Below, piece by piece: positions 22,794 through 31,324 of a stretch of 64,000 nucleotides of DNA (its first letter is position 1; each line of letters opens with the position of its first letter). The stretch is from Candidatus Nanopelagicales bacterium (lineage in GTDB: Bacteria > Actinomycetota > Actinomycetes > S36-B12). The stretch spans positions 265,268-329,267 of the forward strand of contig JAGYKV010000017.1 in the NCBI GenBank assembly GCA_018401415.1, written 5' to 3'. A model generated the notes under the pieces. The model was not told the origin of the DNA and searched no databases. It saw nothing but the letters and a program-made list of their open reading frames with translations. A program made the translations under genes and the position numbers.

Positions 22794-24494
22794 GTGGCCG
22801 GTTCATTTACTCTCCCCATGCTGGCGAATTGGCTGCTTGAGGCTCAATCTTCACTTCGGGCGGCAAGGGCTGAAATTGATGCCCTGAACGTATTTCCCGT
22901 CCCCGATGGCGACACTGGAACAAATCTGTATCTCACCTGGGAGGCCGCGTGCTCAGGTTTCCGTCAAGGCGTTGTCCTGGATTCCGAGGCTCGTCACTTT
23001 GAGGCGACCGCACACCAAATAGGGCGCAATGCGATTTTGGGTGCACGCGGGAACTCCGGAGTGATCATGTCGGCACTCCTGCGCGATTTGTGCATCAGCA
23101 TCGCACGGGAGCCACATGCTTTCGCACAGGCGTTGCGTGCAGGAACTGCCGGGGCCTACTCGGCGGTTGCAGCGCCGGTCGAAGGCACGATTCTTACGGT
23201 TGCCCGCGCATGCGCCGATCAAGCTGAGGAAATTACCAAGCGAGGAGGCGAATTACCTGAAATTGTCAGTGGTGCCGCCGATGCCGCCTATCAGGCTTTA
23301 TTGCGGACACCCGACTTGCTCGAACAATTGCGCAACGCGGGAGTTGTGGATGCAGGTGGCCGCGGTCTCGTCGTGGTGCTCGATTCCTTAGTGACCAGTT
23401 TGACCGGGGTCAGTCCTCGGCGAGACCTTCTTCAGCATTCCTCGAGGTTCCCGGCAAAGTTCCCGACCACACCTGGAAAGGCACAAAATAACTCTGAAGA
23501 TTTCGAAGTGATGTACCACCTGAAATGTGAGTCAGTCGACACCCTCCACAAAACCTTGGCAGCGGTGGGACAAAGCATCATGATCGCTGGAATTGATGGC
23601 ACCTGGAATGTACACGTGCATGTGTCACCATATGCAATTGCGGATTCCATCAATGCAGGTCTCGCATTGGGATCGGTGTCCAAAATTTCCGTGACACCGT
23701 TGGGTAAAGAAGATTCCGCGGGCAACTTCATGGTCCACGGCTTACCGGCCGAATTGAACTCACCCGGAGACACATTAACCCCTGAGCGAATAATCAGCGA
23801 CACACGGAATACTGGCTATCAATCTCCTCAACGACAGAGGGCACTCATAGCGGTAACCCATGGCTGGGGAGTGGAATCGCTTTTAGCGGAACAAGGAATT
23901 ACGTGTGTACCCATCCCCGCTCGTCAACAACCTTCGGCTGCAGAGTTAATCAGCGCGGGGAAACGCACAGAGTGTGCGCAATTGGTTTTATTGCCTTCTG
24001 ACAAAGACGCTCACGCGGTAGCGGATATAGCGGCAACGGAGTTAAAGGCGCAGGGCATGCGCGCGACGGTGATTCCCACAAAGTCCATCACGCAAACACT
24101 TGCGGCGGTCGCCGTACATGATCCTGATCAAGACTTTGAGCAAGATGTCGTCAACATGACACGCGCCTCAAGTTCAACTCGCTACGGTGCCGTCACAGCG
24201 GCGACCCGAAATGTTCTCACCATGGCAGGTGAGTGTCAGTCCGGTGACATTCTTGGGGTGATTGACGGTGAAATAGCTGTTATTGGGGGTGAATTTGCTC
24301 ATGTTTCCTGCCTAGTACTTGACAAGATGCTCGCGCCCGGAGCCGAACTTGTGACCATTGTTTGTGGCCAGGACAGCCATGACTCAGATCTTCACGGTAT
24401 TCGAACGTGGATTAATTCTCACAATCCGCTGCTGGATGTAGATGTCATTCGTGGCGGGCAACCGTTGTGGCCGTTCATCTTTGGGGTGGAGTAA
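22794..24494 (+). CDS. DAK2-domain fusion protein (YloV family)
   Basis: 566 aa. N-terminal DhaL/DAK2 motif VFPVPDGDTGTNL. Sits immediately upstream of recG, the conserved position. Confidence 0.85.
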   Translation: MAGSFTLPMLANWLLEAQSSLRAARAEIDALNVFPVPDGDTGTNLYLTWEAACSGFRQGVVLDSEARHFEATAHQIGRNAILGARGNSGVIMSALLRDLCISIAREPHAFAQALRAGTAGAYSAVAAPVEGTILTVARACADQAEEITKRGGELPEIVSGAADAAYQALLRTPDLLEQLRNAGVVDAGGRGLVVVLDSLVTSLTGVSPRRDLLQHSSRFPAKFPTTPGKAQNNSEDFEVMYHLKCESVDTLHKTLAAVGQSIMIAGIDGTWNVHVHVSPYAIADSINAGLALGSVSKISVTPLGKEDSAGNFMVHGLPAELNSPGDTLTPERIISDTRNTGYQSPQRQRALIAVTHGWGVESLLAEQGITCVPIPARQQPSAAELISAGKRTECAQLVLLPSDKDAHAVADIAATELKAQGMRATVIPTKSITQTLAAVAVHDPDQDFEQDVVNMTRASSSTRYGAVTAATRNVLTMAGECQSGDILGVIDGEIAVIGGEFAHVSCLVLDKMLAPGAELVTIVCGQDSHDSDLHGIRTWINSHNPLLDVDVIRGGQPLWPFIFGVE

Positions 24495-24500
24495 TTCCCC

Positions 24501-26738
24501 ATGCAAGCTCAGGAGTATGTGAATCGTTCCCTCAAGGAGCTTATTGGGGGAAAGACCGCCGCCGCATTGAGTAAGTCCTTTGGAATTGAGACAGCTGGAG
24601 AACTCCTCAATCATTACCCGCGCCGGTACGCGGAGAGGGGACAACTCACTTCATTCGATCGCATTGAAATTGGCAAACCTGTAACGATCATGGCCACAAT
24701 CTCTGCGGTGACCGCTCGACGCATGAAAACTAAGCGAGGATTCGTGCTGGTGGTCGCCGTGACCGATGGCAAGGAGCAAATGGAATTAACGTTCTTTAAC
24801 CAGAAGTGGAGAGAAAAGGAGCTTCGAGTTGGGCGATCGGGGCTATTTGCAGGCACAGTTAACGAGTATCACGGCGCGCGTACCTTGACCCATCCGCAGT
24901 ATCAACTTTTTGGGAGCGGTGATTCGTCAGATTTAGAGGCTTTCACTGACTTTGCGGGCAGTATTATTCCGGTTTATCCGAGTTCTCAGGCAATTACTTC
25001 TTGGCAGATTGCGGCCGCTGTCGATGTAGTGCTGGCGTCTCTCGATGAATTACCTGATCCAATTCCACTGGAACTTCGCGTGAAACACGGACTCATGGAT
25101 CGTTCACAGGCCATCAGAGCCATTCACCAACCTGATTCACATGAGGATATTGAGCGGGCGCAGTTTAGGCTCAAATATCAGGAAGCTTTCGTGCTCCAAG
25201 CCGTGTTGGAATACCGCAGGCAAGAGCGGCGCACCATGTCGGCGATTGCCCGACAATCGAAAAAACATGTGCTTCGGGAGTCATTCGATCAATCACTGCC
25301 ATTTGATCTGACCGACGGTCAGATCAAAGTCGGTGAGGAAATTGAACTGGATCTTCGTGGAACTTCTCCCATGATGCGTTTACTTCAAGGTGATGTCGGA
25401 AGTGGGAAGACCATAGTTGCATTGCGTGCAATGCTGGAGGTGGTTGAGTCAGGCGGACAAGCGGCCTTGCTCGCGCCCACTGAGGTGTTGGCGGCACAGC
25501 ACTTCGAATCACTCACGGCCTTGCTAGGTGGTCTTAGCGACTCGGGTACCGACTACGTGAGTCCTTCCGAGAGTTCGCGGATCTCAGAGTCTCGCGAGGG
25601 ACTCGATCCCAAGGTGCGAATTACTTTGCTCACCGGTTCATTAACCTTGCCAGCTCGAAAGCAAGCACTACTCGATATTGCATCGGGTAGTTCACATATT
25701 GTGGTGGGTACTCACGCGCTCATTCAAGATCACGTTGATTTTTTCGATTTGGGTTTCGTCGTTGTAGATGAACAGCATCGATTTGGAGTTGAACAGCGGG
25801 CAGCACTCATGTCTAAGGGTCGTCAGGAGGCACGCCCCCATCTATTGGTCATGACGGCGACCCCCATTCCACGCACAACTGCACTCACCGTCTTCGGCGA
25901 TCTCGATATTTCAACCCTCCATGAAGCACCATCCATGAGGGCACCAGTGGATACATACGTTGTCAGTCCCCAAGCGAACCCAACTCACGCAGCGAGAGTG
26001 TGGGAGCGAATGCAAGAAGAGGTCGCAGCGGGAAATCGTGTCTTTATTGTTTGTGCCAGTATCTCTGAAACTGCAGGGGATCTAGATCAAGACCAGGACC
26101 CAGGTCATCTTTATTCCCAAGGGGAGTCTCGCGACCACATTGTGTCGGTTGAACAATCTTTGGCCGAATTGGCGCAAAGGTATCCAGCGATCACGTTCGC
26201 GGGCTTGCACGGGAAAATGAAGCCGGAGGAAAAACGAGCTGTCATGAAGAGTTTTCGAAGCAACGGTGCAGGTGCCATCGACGTGCTCGTTGCGACAACT
26301 GTCATTGAAGTGGGTGTGGATATTCCCGAGGCAACCATGATGATTATTCATAATGCTGAGAGGTTTGGTATCTCGCAATTGCACCAGTTGCGGGGACGAA
26401 TTGGCAGGGGAAATAAACCGGGTCTTTGCATCTTGATGCAAGACAGGTTCGTAAACCCGGTTGCTCAACAGCGACTCGAGGTAGTTGCCTCAACCCGCGA
26501 CGGATTTGAGTTGGCTCAGCGTGACCTTGAACTCAGGGGGGAAGGCGATGTCTTGGGCCTTGAACAATCGGGTGCAGCAACGTCCCTCCGACTATTGCGA
26601 GTCATTGAGGACTTGGCGTTGATCGAGTCAGTGCGCCAAGAAGTTGGTGCTTTGGCTCATACGGATCAATGGTCACAAACGATTGCTGCAATAGAACTTG
26701 CTGAATTCATCCGAGTGGATCAGTTAGAAAAAACATGA
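24501..26738 (+). CDS. recG: ATP-dependent DNA helicase RecG
   Basis: 745 aa. SF2 helicase motifs GDVGSGKT, DEQHRFG and QLRGRIGRG, plus an N-terminal wedge domain. Confidence 0.95.
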   Translation: MQAQEYVNRSLKELIGGKTAAALSKSFGIETAGELLNHYPRRYAERGQLTSFDRIEIGKPVTIMATISAVTARRMKTKRGFVLVVAVTDGKEQMELTFFNQKWREKELRVGRSGLFAGTVNEYHGARTLTHPQYQLFGSGDSSDLEAFTDFAGSIIPVYPSSQAITSWQIAAAVDVVLASLDELPDPIPLELRVKHGLMDRSQAIRAIHQPDSHEDIERAQFRLKYQEAFVLQAVLEYRRQERRTMSAIARQSKKHVLRESFDQSLPFDLTDGQIKVGEEIELDLRGTSPMMRLLQGDVGSGKTIVALRAMLEVVESGGQAALLAPTEVLAAQHFESLTALLGGLSDSGTDYVSPSESSRISESREGLDPKVRITLLTGSLTLPARKQALLDIASGSSHIVVGTHALIQDHVDFFDLGFVVVDEQHRFGVEQRAALMSKGRQEARPHLLVMTATPIPRTTALTVFGDLDISTLHEAPSMRAPVDTYVVSPQANPTHAARVWERMQEEVAAGNRVFIVCASISETAGDLDQDQDPGHLYSQGESRDHIVSVEQSLAELAQRYPAITFAGLHGKMKPEEKRAVMKSFRSNGAGAIDVLVATTVIEVGVDIPEATMMIIHNAERFGISQLHQLRGRIGRGNKPGLCILMQDRFVNPVAQQRLEVVASTRDGFELAQRDLELRGEGDVLGLEQSGAATSLRLLRVIEDLALIESVRQEVGALAHTDQWSQTIAAIELAEFIRVDQLEKT

Positions 26739-27310
26739 CGCGCATTATTGGAGGGTCGGCGCGTGGGCATCGGTTATCAGTACCGTCAACAGGCACACGA
26801 CCTACATCTGATCGCATTCGCGAGGCGTTGTTCTCTTCGTTGGACAGTTGGTTATTGAGCGAGGATTTGTCATGGGGGGATATATGGTTTGCGGATCTGT
26901 ACGCAGGATCAGGTGCTATCGGACTTGAAGCTGCGAGTAGAGGCGCGGCGAACGTGGTTCTCGTCGAACAGCAATCAGGTGCCCTGAAGATTATTCAGGA
27001 GAATATCCAGCGAACACGACTGCCGCTCGTGACGGAGCGATCTGATATTTCACAGTGGAATCCCAGCCACGCCTTCGATGTCATCTTCATGGACCCTCCG
27101 TATTCCACCACCGATCAAGAGGTATCAGCGACCGTTCTGCGCCTGGCCGACTCACCGGAAGCGGCTTCGGCTCTTTTTGTCATTGAACGGGGTCTGAGAA
27201 GTGGAGATCCATTCGAAGGACTGGACCCAAGTCATTTCCACAAGAAGTGGGATCGGGCCTATGGTGACACCCGGCTTTGGTACGGTCACCTGGTGGGAGG
27301 AACCGAATGA
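26735..27310 (+). CDS. rsmD: 16S rRNA (guanine966-N2)-methyltransferase
   Basis: 191 aa. MTRIIGG, RPTSDRIREALF and FMDPPY. ATGA overlap with recG. Confidence 0.9.
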   Translation: MTRIIGGSARGHRLSVPSTGTRPTSDRIREALFSSLDSWLLSEDLSWGDIWFADLYAGSGAIGLEAASRGAANVVLVEQQSGALKIIQENIQRTRLPLVTERSDISQWNPSHAFDVIFMDPPYSTTDQEVSATVLRLADSPEAASALFVIERGLRSGDPFEGLDPSHFHKKWDRAYGDTRLWYGHLVGGTE

Positions 27311-27789
27311 AGATAGCGGTGTGTCCGGGTTCATTTGATCCGGTGACCAATGGGCATTTTGATGTATTCGAGCGCGCATCCCGGATGGCAGACGAAGTTG
27401 TAGTCGCTGTCTTGATCAATCGGACGAAATCCAGCCTCTTCACCGTCGAGGAGCGGATCCAGATGCTTACCGAGGTGACAAAGCCGTTAGGCAATGTGCG
27501 CGTCGATTCTTTTTATGGCCTCCTTGTGGATTACTGCAAGGACCATGGAGTGAATGCAATTGTGAAGGGACTTCGGGCGGTGAGCGATTTTGACTACGAA
27601 TTGCAGATGGCCCAAATGAATTTCCGGCTTGCTGGGGTAGAGACTTGCTTTATTTCAACTAATCCGCTTTATAGCTACTTATCGTCGAGTTTGGTCAAAG
27701 AGGTCGCAACTCACGGTGGCGATGTCACAGGTTTGGTCCCTGAAATCGTGTTGAAACGCTTGAAGAGCAAAATTTCTAGCACAATGTGA
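27307..27789 (+). CDS. coaD: phosphopantetheine adenylyltransferase
   Basis: MKIAVCPGSFDPVTNGH. The ATG at 27307 overlaps the rsmD stop (ATGA). The track start at 27277 adds 10 non-conserved residues. Confidence 0.95.
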   Translation: MKIAVCPGSFDPVTNGHFDVFERASRMADEVVVAVLINRTKSSLFTVEERIQMLTEVTKPLGNVRVDSFYGLLVDYCKDHGVNAIVKGLRAVSDFDYELQMAQMNFRLAGVETCFISTNPLYSYLSSSLVKEVATHGGDVTGLVPEIVLKRLKSKISSTM

Positions 27790-27833
27790 CTATTGATTTT
27801 CTTATCAACTGACACGCAACCGAGGAGTAACAG

Positions 27834-28340
27834 GTGGACGTCCAAGAGAGACTAGATGAACTGACTGTCATGGTTGAAGATGCCAAGTCCATGCCATTGT
27901 CCGCATCCTGTGTCCTTAATCGGTCTCAATTGCTGGATCTCATCGAAGAAATTCGGCAACTGCTTCCCGAATCTGTCTATCGGGCCGACGAATTATTGGC
28001 CGATCGCGAGGCTGTTGTTTTGGATGGCAGGCGGGAGGCGGATCGCATTTTGGAGCAGGCTCGATCACAAGCCGATCACATGGTGTCTGAACATGAAGTG
28101 TACTTAGCTGCAGTCGCAGAGAGTAATGCGTTGCGATCGGAGACCGCGGCGGAAACTTCACGCATGAGGGCGGAAACTGACGACTACATCGATTCGAAGT
28201 TGGCTACATTTGAAATTACTCTCCAAAAGACTTTGCAGACGGTCGATCGCGGACGTGAGCGATTAAGAAGCCAGATGTACCAGGAGTTGGCCCCAGGCAT
28301 TGACTCCGATCAGTCTGAATTTTTCGACGCTCAGTCGTAG
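27834..28340 (+). CDS. SepIVA-like (Rv2927c family) DivIVA-related coiled-coil protein, short form
   Basis: The N-terminus (RLDELTVMVEDAKSMPLSASCVLNRSQLLDLIEEIRQLLP) and C-terminus (ETDDYIDSKLATFEITLQKTLQTVDRGRERLR) match my recollection of Rv2927c. It occupies the same position, between coaD and DUF177-rpmF-rnc. Confidence 0.6.
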   Translation: MDVQERLDELTVMVEDAKSMPLSASCVLNRSQLLDLIEEIRQLLPESVYRADELLADREAVVLDGRREADRILEQARSQADHMVSEHEVYLAAVAESNALRSETAAETSRMRAETDDYIDSKLATFEITLQKTLQTVDRGRERLRSQMYQELAPGIDSDQSEFFDAQS

Positions 28341-28407
28341 ATCAGTCAGTAGTAGATTAATTGGTTTCGGGCCAAGATTTAGTGAGATTTTAAGGTTGTG
28401 ACTTGTC

Positions 28408-28974
28408 ATGAATACTGAGGAATCAAGTTTCATTATTCCGCTGACGCATTTACAGCGGCGTCCAGGAAACATGTGGGAAGCTGAGTTATCTTTCAAGGCA
28501 CCGGTTGACATGGGAGTGGCACTTGCTCACGTGGATCCTGATTCCGCGCTCGTGGCGGAAGTGAGACTGGAATCCGTGCTAGATGGAGTTTTAGCATCCG
28601 CCACCGTGGACTACAAGGTGATTGCCGAGTGCGCTCGATGCCTGGAATCATTGGAGTGGGAAGACTCCAGCGAGTTTGTTGAACTGTTTCTCTATCCTGA
28701 GACCGACTCACGCGGGCGGGAAATTCAAGGTGGTGAACATGAATGGGTCGAGGGTGATTCTGAGACCGCGACCAGATTTATCCATAATGACTCTGTAGAT
28801 CTTGAGGAAGTCGTTCGAGATGCAATTGTTCTCGACTTACCGCTTAAACCGTTGTGCGACCCCGCATGCGAGGGCCTTTGTGTCACGTGTGGGGAGAAAC
28901 GCGATGGGGGAGACCATGACCATGTGGCCACGGATCCTCGATGGGCCGCATTGGAGTCCCTCCGAGAGGAATAA
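28408..28974 (+). CDS. yceD: YceD/DUF177 family protein
   Basis: 188 aa, acidic. C-terminal Cys cluster PLCDPACEGLCVTCGEKRD. Sits directly upstream of rpmF. Confidence 0.85.
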   Translation: MNTEESSFIIPLTHLQRRPGNMWEAELSFKAPVDMGVALAHVDPDSALVAEVRLESVLDGVLASATVDYKVIAECARCLESLEWEDSSEFVELFLYPETDSRGREIQGGEHEWVEGDSETATRFIHNDSVDLEEVVRDAIVLDLPLKPLCDPACEGLCVTCGEKRDGGDHDHVATDPRWAALESLREE

Positions 28975-29039
28975 CCCCCGGCTAATCACCTAATTGACCG
29001 AGGTGGAATACTCGTGTGTTGATCAGAAATTGATCACCC

Positions 29040-29087
29040 GATTATTCTTAGTGAAGATTATTCGTAGTGAAGATTATTCGTAGTGAA
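29040..29087. repeat. three tandem copies of the 16-bp unit GATTATTC(T/G)TAGTGAA
   Basis: Read directly. The copies are at 29040-29055, 29056-29071 and 29072-29087. Copies 2 and 3 are identical, and copy 1 differs at one base. The array ends 10 nt before the rpmF GTG. Confidence 0.95.
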
Positions 29088-29097
29088 AGAGGATCCC

Positions 29098-29271
29098 GTG
29101 CCAGTCCCGAAGCGGAAGACATCGCGTTCCAATACCCGCCACCGTCGTTCGCAGTGGAAAGCGGTGGCGCCGACACTCGTGACGTGCGCCCGTTGCCAGG
29201 AAAAACGGCTGGCTCACACCGCGTGTCCGACTTGCGGTACGTACGCCAAGCGCCGCGTCCTCGAGGTCTGA
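29098..29271 (+). CDS. rpmF: 50S ribosomal protein L32 (Zn-ribbon, C+ form)
   Basis: The GTG at 29098 gives (M)[19 protein letters not shown], the canonical L32 N-terminus, with GAAAGAGGA upstream. CARC and CPTC are present. The track start at 29083 lies inside the repeat. Confidence 0.9.
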   Translation: MPVPKRKTSRSNTRHRRSQWKAVAPTLVTCARCQEKRLAHTACPTCGTYAKRRVLEV

Positions 29272-29323
29272 TAACTAGCTTCACCGCACATATCCGACGA
29301 ATAATTCAGGTACTCTGATAATC

Positions 29324-29587
29324 ATGTCGGCTCCACACCAGACAACCTCTTCGGAGTTCATCGAAGAAGTAATTCTCGATATCGTGAAAGACGCTTTTGG
29401 AGATCTTCCATTGATTCGAGTTGACACGCCTCTTCTCTCCTTAGGTTTTCAGCCAAGTCATGCGGTGTTACTCGCCTACCTGTCTCAGGTAGCCGGACTC
29501 ACTGTCCCCACCGATCATGATTTCGCATCCGTGATCACCATCGGGGATCTCGCAGCCGTGTGTCATTCGGGCGGTTCTGATGATTGA
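29324..29587 (+). CDS. small carrier-protein-like ORF (PP-binding-fold-like, degenerate GFQPS in place of GxDS)
   Basis: 87 aa. [68 protein letters not shown] aligns by eye to the ACP/PCP helix I-II-III pattern. The stop overlaps the rnc ATG (GATGATTGA). No clear SD. Confidence 0.35.
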   Translation: MSAPHQTTSSEFIEEVILDIVKDAFGDLPLIRVDTPLLSLGFQPSHAVLLAYLSQVAGLTVPTDHDFASVITIGDLAAVCHSGGSDD

Positions 29588-30320
29588 ACGAAATCTCAGC
29601 CAGGGATCTACGCCTGATCATCAATCACCCGAAAGTGACCCAGCAGCACTTGCGGCCATTCTCCGCGTTGAGTGCGATATGGAGTTACTCGACCTGGCCC
29701 TCGTTCATCGATCCTTTGCTTATGAAAATGGCGGACTTCCAACAAATGAGAGACTCGAGTTCCTCGGAGATTCAGTATTGGGTCTCGTGGTAACCGACAC
29801 TCTGTATCGTGATTTCCCCGATCTTCCAGAAGGTCAGTTAGCCCGAATGCGTGCCTCGGTTGTTAACGCACAAGCGCTGGCAGATGTGGCTCGGTCCTTG
29901 GGATTGGGCTCCTATATTCGTTTAGGCAAAGGCGAAATCTCATCTGGCGGCAGAGACAAGACCTCGATTTTGGCTGATTGCATGGAGGCGGTGATCGGCG
30001 CCATCTACCTGTCGAGCGGGATGGAGGGCGCTGATCCGTTTATCTCAGGTATTTTCGGCCCATTGATCAGAGAGGCCTCTCAAATGGGTGCCGGACTTGA
30101 TTGGAAGACCTCATTGCAGGAACTGACGGGACAGCACTCACTTGAATTACCTGAATACCGAATTTCGGATTCAGGGCCTGACCACGCAAAAAGCTTCATG
30201 GCTGAAGTCGTTGTCGGTGGCCAGATTTTAGGAATTGGGCACGGCAGTTCGAAGAAGGTTGCTGAGCAGATTTCTGCCCAGCAGGCGTATCTTGCAATCT
30301 CAGATCGCTTCACGCATTAG
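29580..30320 (+). CDS. rnc: ribonuclease III
   Basis: 246 aa. RNase III signature [12 protein letters not shown] and a C-terminal dsRBD. Confidence 0.95.
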   Translation: MIERNLSQGSTPDHQSPESDPAALAAILRVECDMELLDLALVHRSFAYENGGLPTNERLEFLGDSVLGLVVTDTLYRDFPDLPEGQLARMRASVVNAQALADVARSLGLGSYIRLGKGEISSGGRDKTSILADCMEAVIGAIYLSSGMEGADPFISGIFGPLIREASQMGAGLDWKTSLQELTGQHSLELPEYRISDSGPDHAKSFMAEVVVGGQILGIGHGSSKKVAEQISAQQAYLAISDRFTH

Positions 30321-30325
30321 ATCCC

Positions 30326-31231
30326 ATGCCTGAATTACCCGAGGTGGAGGTAGTCCGACGGGGACTTACACCATTTGTTCACAATTCCACCATTAATCGA
30401 GTTGAAGTTCGGCACGACCGCGCTACCCGCCGCAACCAAGGTTCTTTTACTGATCAATTACAAGGCCGGGTAATTCAACACATTAGCCGCAGGGGCAAAT
30501 TTTTGTGGTGTGTCTTGGATCAACCGGAGGCACTGGTGGTCCACCTCGGAATGAGTGGTCAGTTTCGCGTGTACCCATGGACGGATCAAGCGGTACCTGC
30601 CGAGCAGAGGCGTCACCCCCACCTGCGAATTTTGGGTGAGATCGAGCAACCCTCGGGAGCCATACTTGACCTGCATTTCCTTGATCAACGCACTTTCGGT
30701 GGCATGCACTTATCCCCACTTGTCCTAGACGATCGAGGGGATCACATTCCCGAGTCTGTTATCCACATAGCCCGAGATCCCTTGGATCCGAAATTTAACG
30801 CCGGTGACATCGTCAAAAAAATTCACAACTCACAGTCAGAGATCAAACGCGTACTGCTGAATCAGTCAATTCTGTCGGGGATTGGAAATATTTACGCGGA
30901 TGAGGCACTTTTCCGCTCGGGTCTTCACGGCTCGGTTATCGCCGGGGAGGTAACTGAGAAACATCTCCTCGAGCTTGTGTCCCATGTGAAAGATGTGATG
31001 AATGAGGCTCTTGATGAGGGTGGGACCAGTTTCGATGCGCTTTACGTGAATGTCAATGGCGAGTCGGGATACTTTTCCCGGTCTCTCGCCGTTTACGGTC
31101 GCGAAGGTGAGCCATGTGATCGGTGTGGGTCGGATATTCAGCGCATTTCTTTCATGAATAGATCAAGCTTCTTTTGTGGCAAATGTCAGCCAAGAATCCC
31201 GGCGGTGGCTCACCCTGAACGTGCCGTGTGA
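30326..31231 (+). CDS. mutM: formamidopyrimidine-DNA glycosylase
   Basis: 301 aa. MPELPEVE N-terminus, H2TH region, and a C-terminal zinc finger (CDRCG and CGKCQ). Confidence 0.95.
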   Translation: MPELPEVEVVRRGLTPFVHNSTINRVEVRHDRATRRNQGSFTDQLQGRVIQHISRRGKFLWCVLDQPEALVVHLGMSGQFRVYPWTDQAVPAEQRRHPHLRILGEIEQPSGAILDLHFLDQRTFGGMHLSPLVLDDRGDHIPESVIHIARDPLDPKFNAGDIVKKIHNSQSEIKRVLLNQSILSGIGNIYADEALFRSGLHGSVIAGEVTEKHLLELVSHVKDVMNEALDEGGTSFDALYVNVNGESGYFSRSLAVYGREGEPCDRCGSDIQRISFMNRSSFFCGKCQPRIPAVAHPERAV

Positions 31232-31324
31232 CCGATAGGCTCTCCCTTGCTTGATCTCCCGTGACGAGTTTGAATACAGCCTCGGTCGTTGATTTGCCTA
31301 CCATGAAAAGGAAATATAAATCCC

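Noticed and set aside
29040-29087. Considered whether the 16-bp tandem repeat is a mini-CRISPR array or a pair of Zur boxes. The unit TGAAGATTATTCGTA shares about 10 of 14 positions with the TGAAAATnATTTTCA-type Zur palindrome.
   Set aside because: There are no spacers between the units, so it is not CRISPR. The unit itself is not palindromic. The L32 encoded here is the Zn-ribbon (C+) form, and Zur usually represses C- paralogs. I keep it as an unexplained repeat, not a Zur site.
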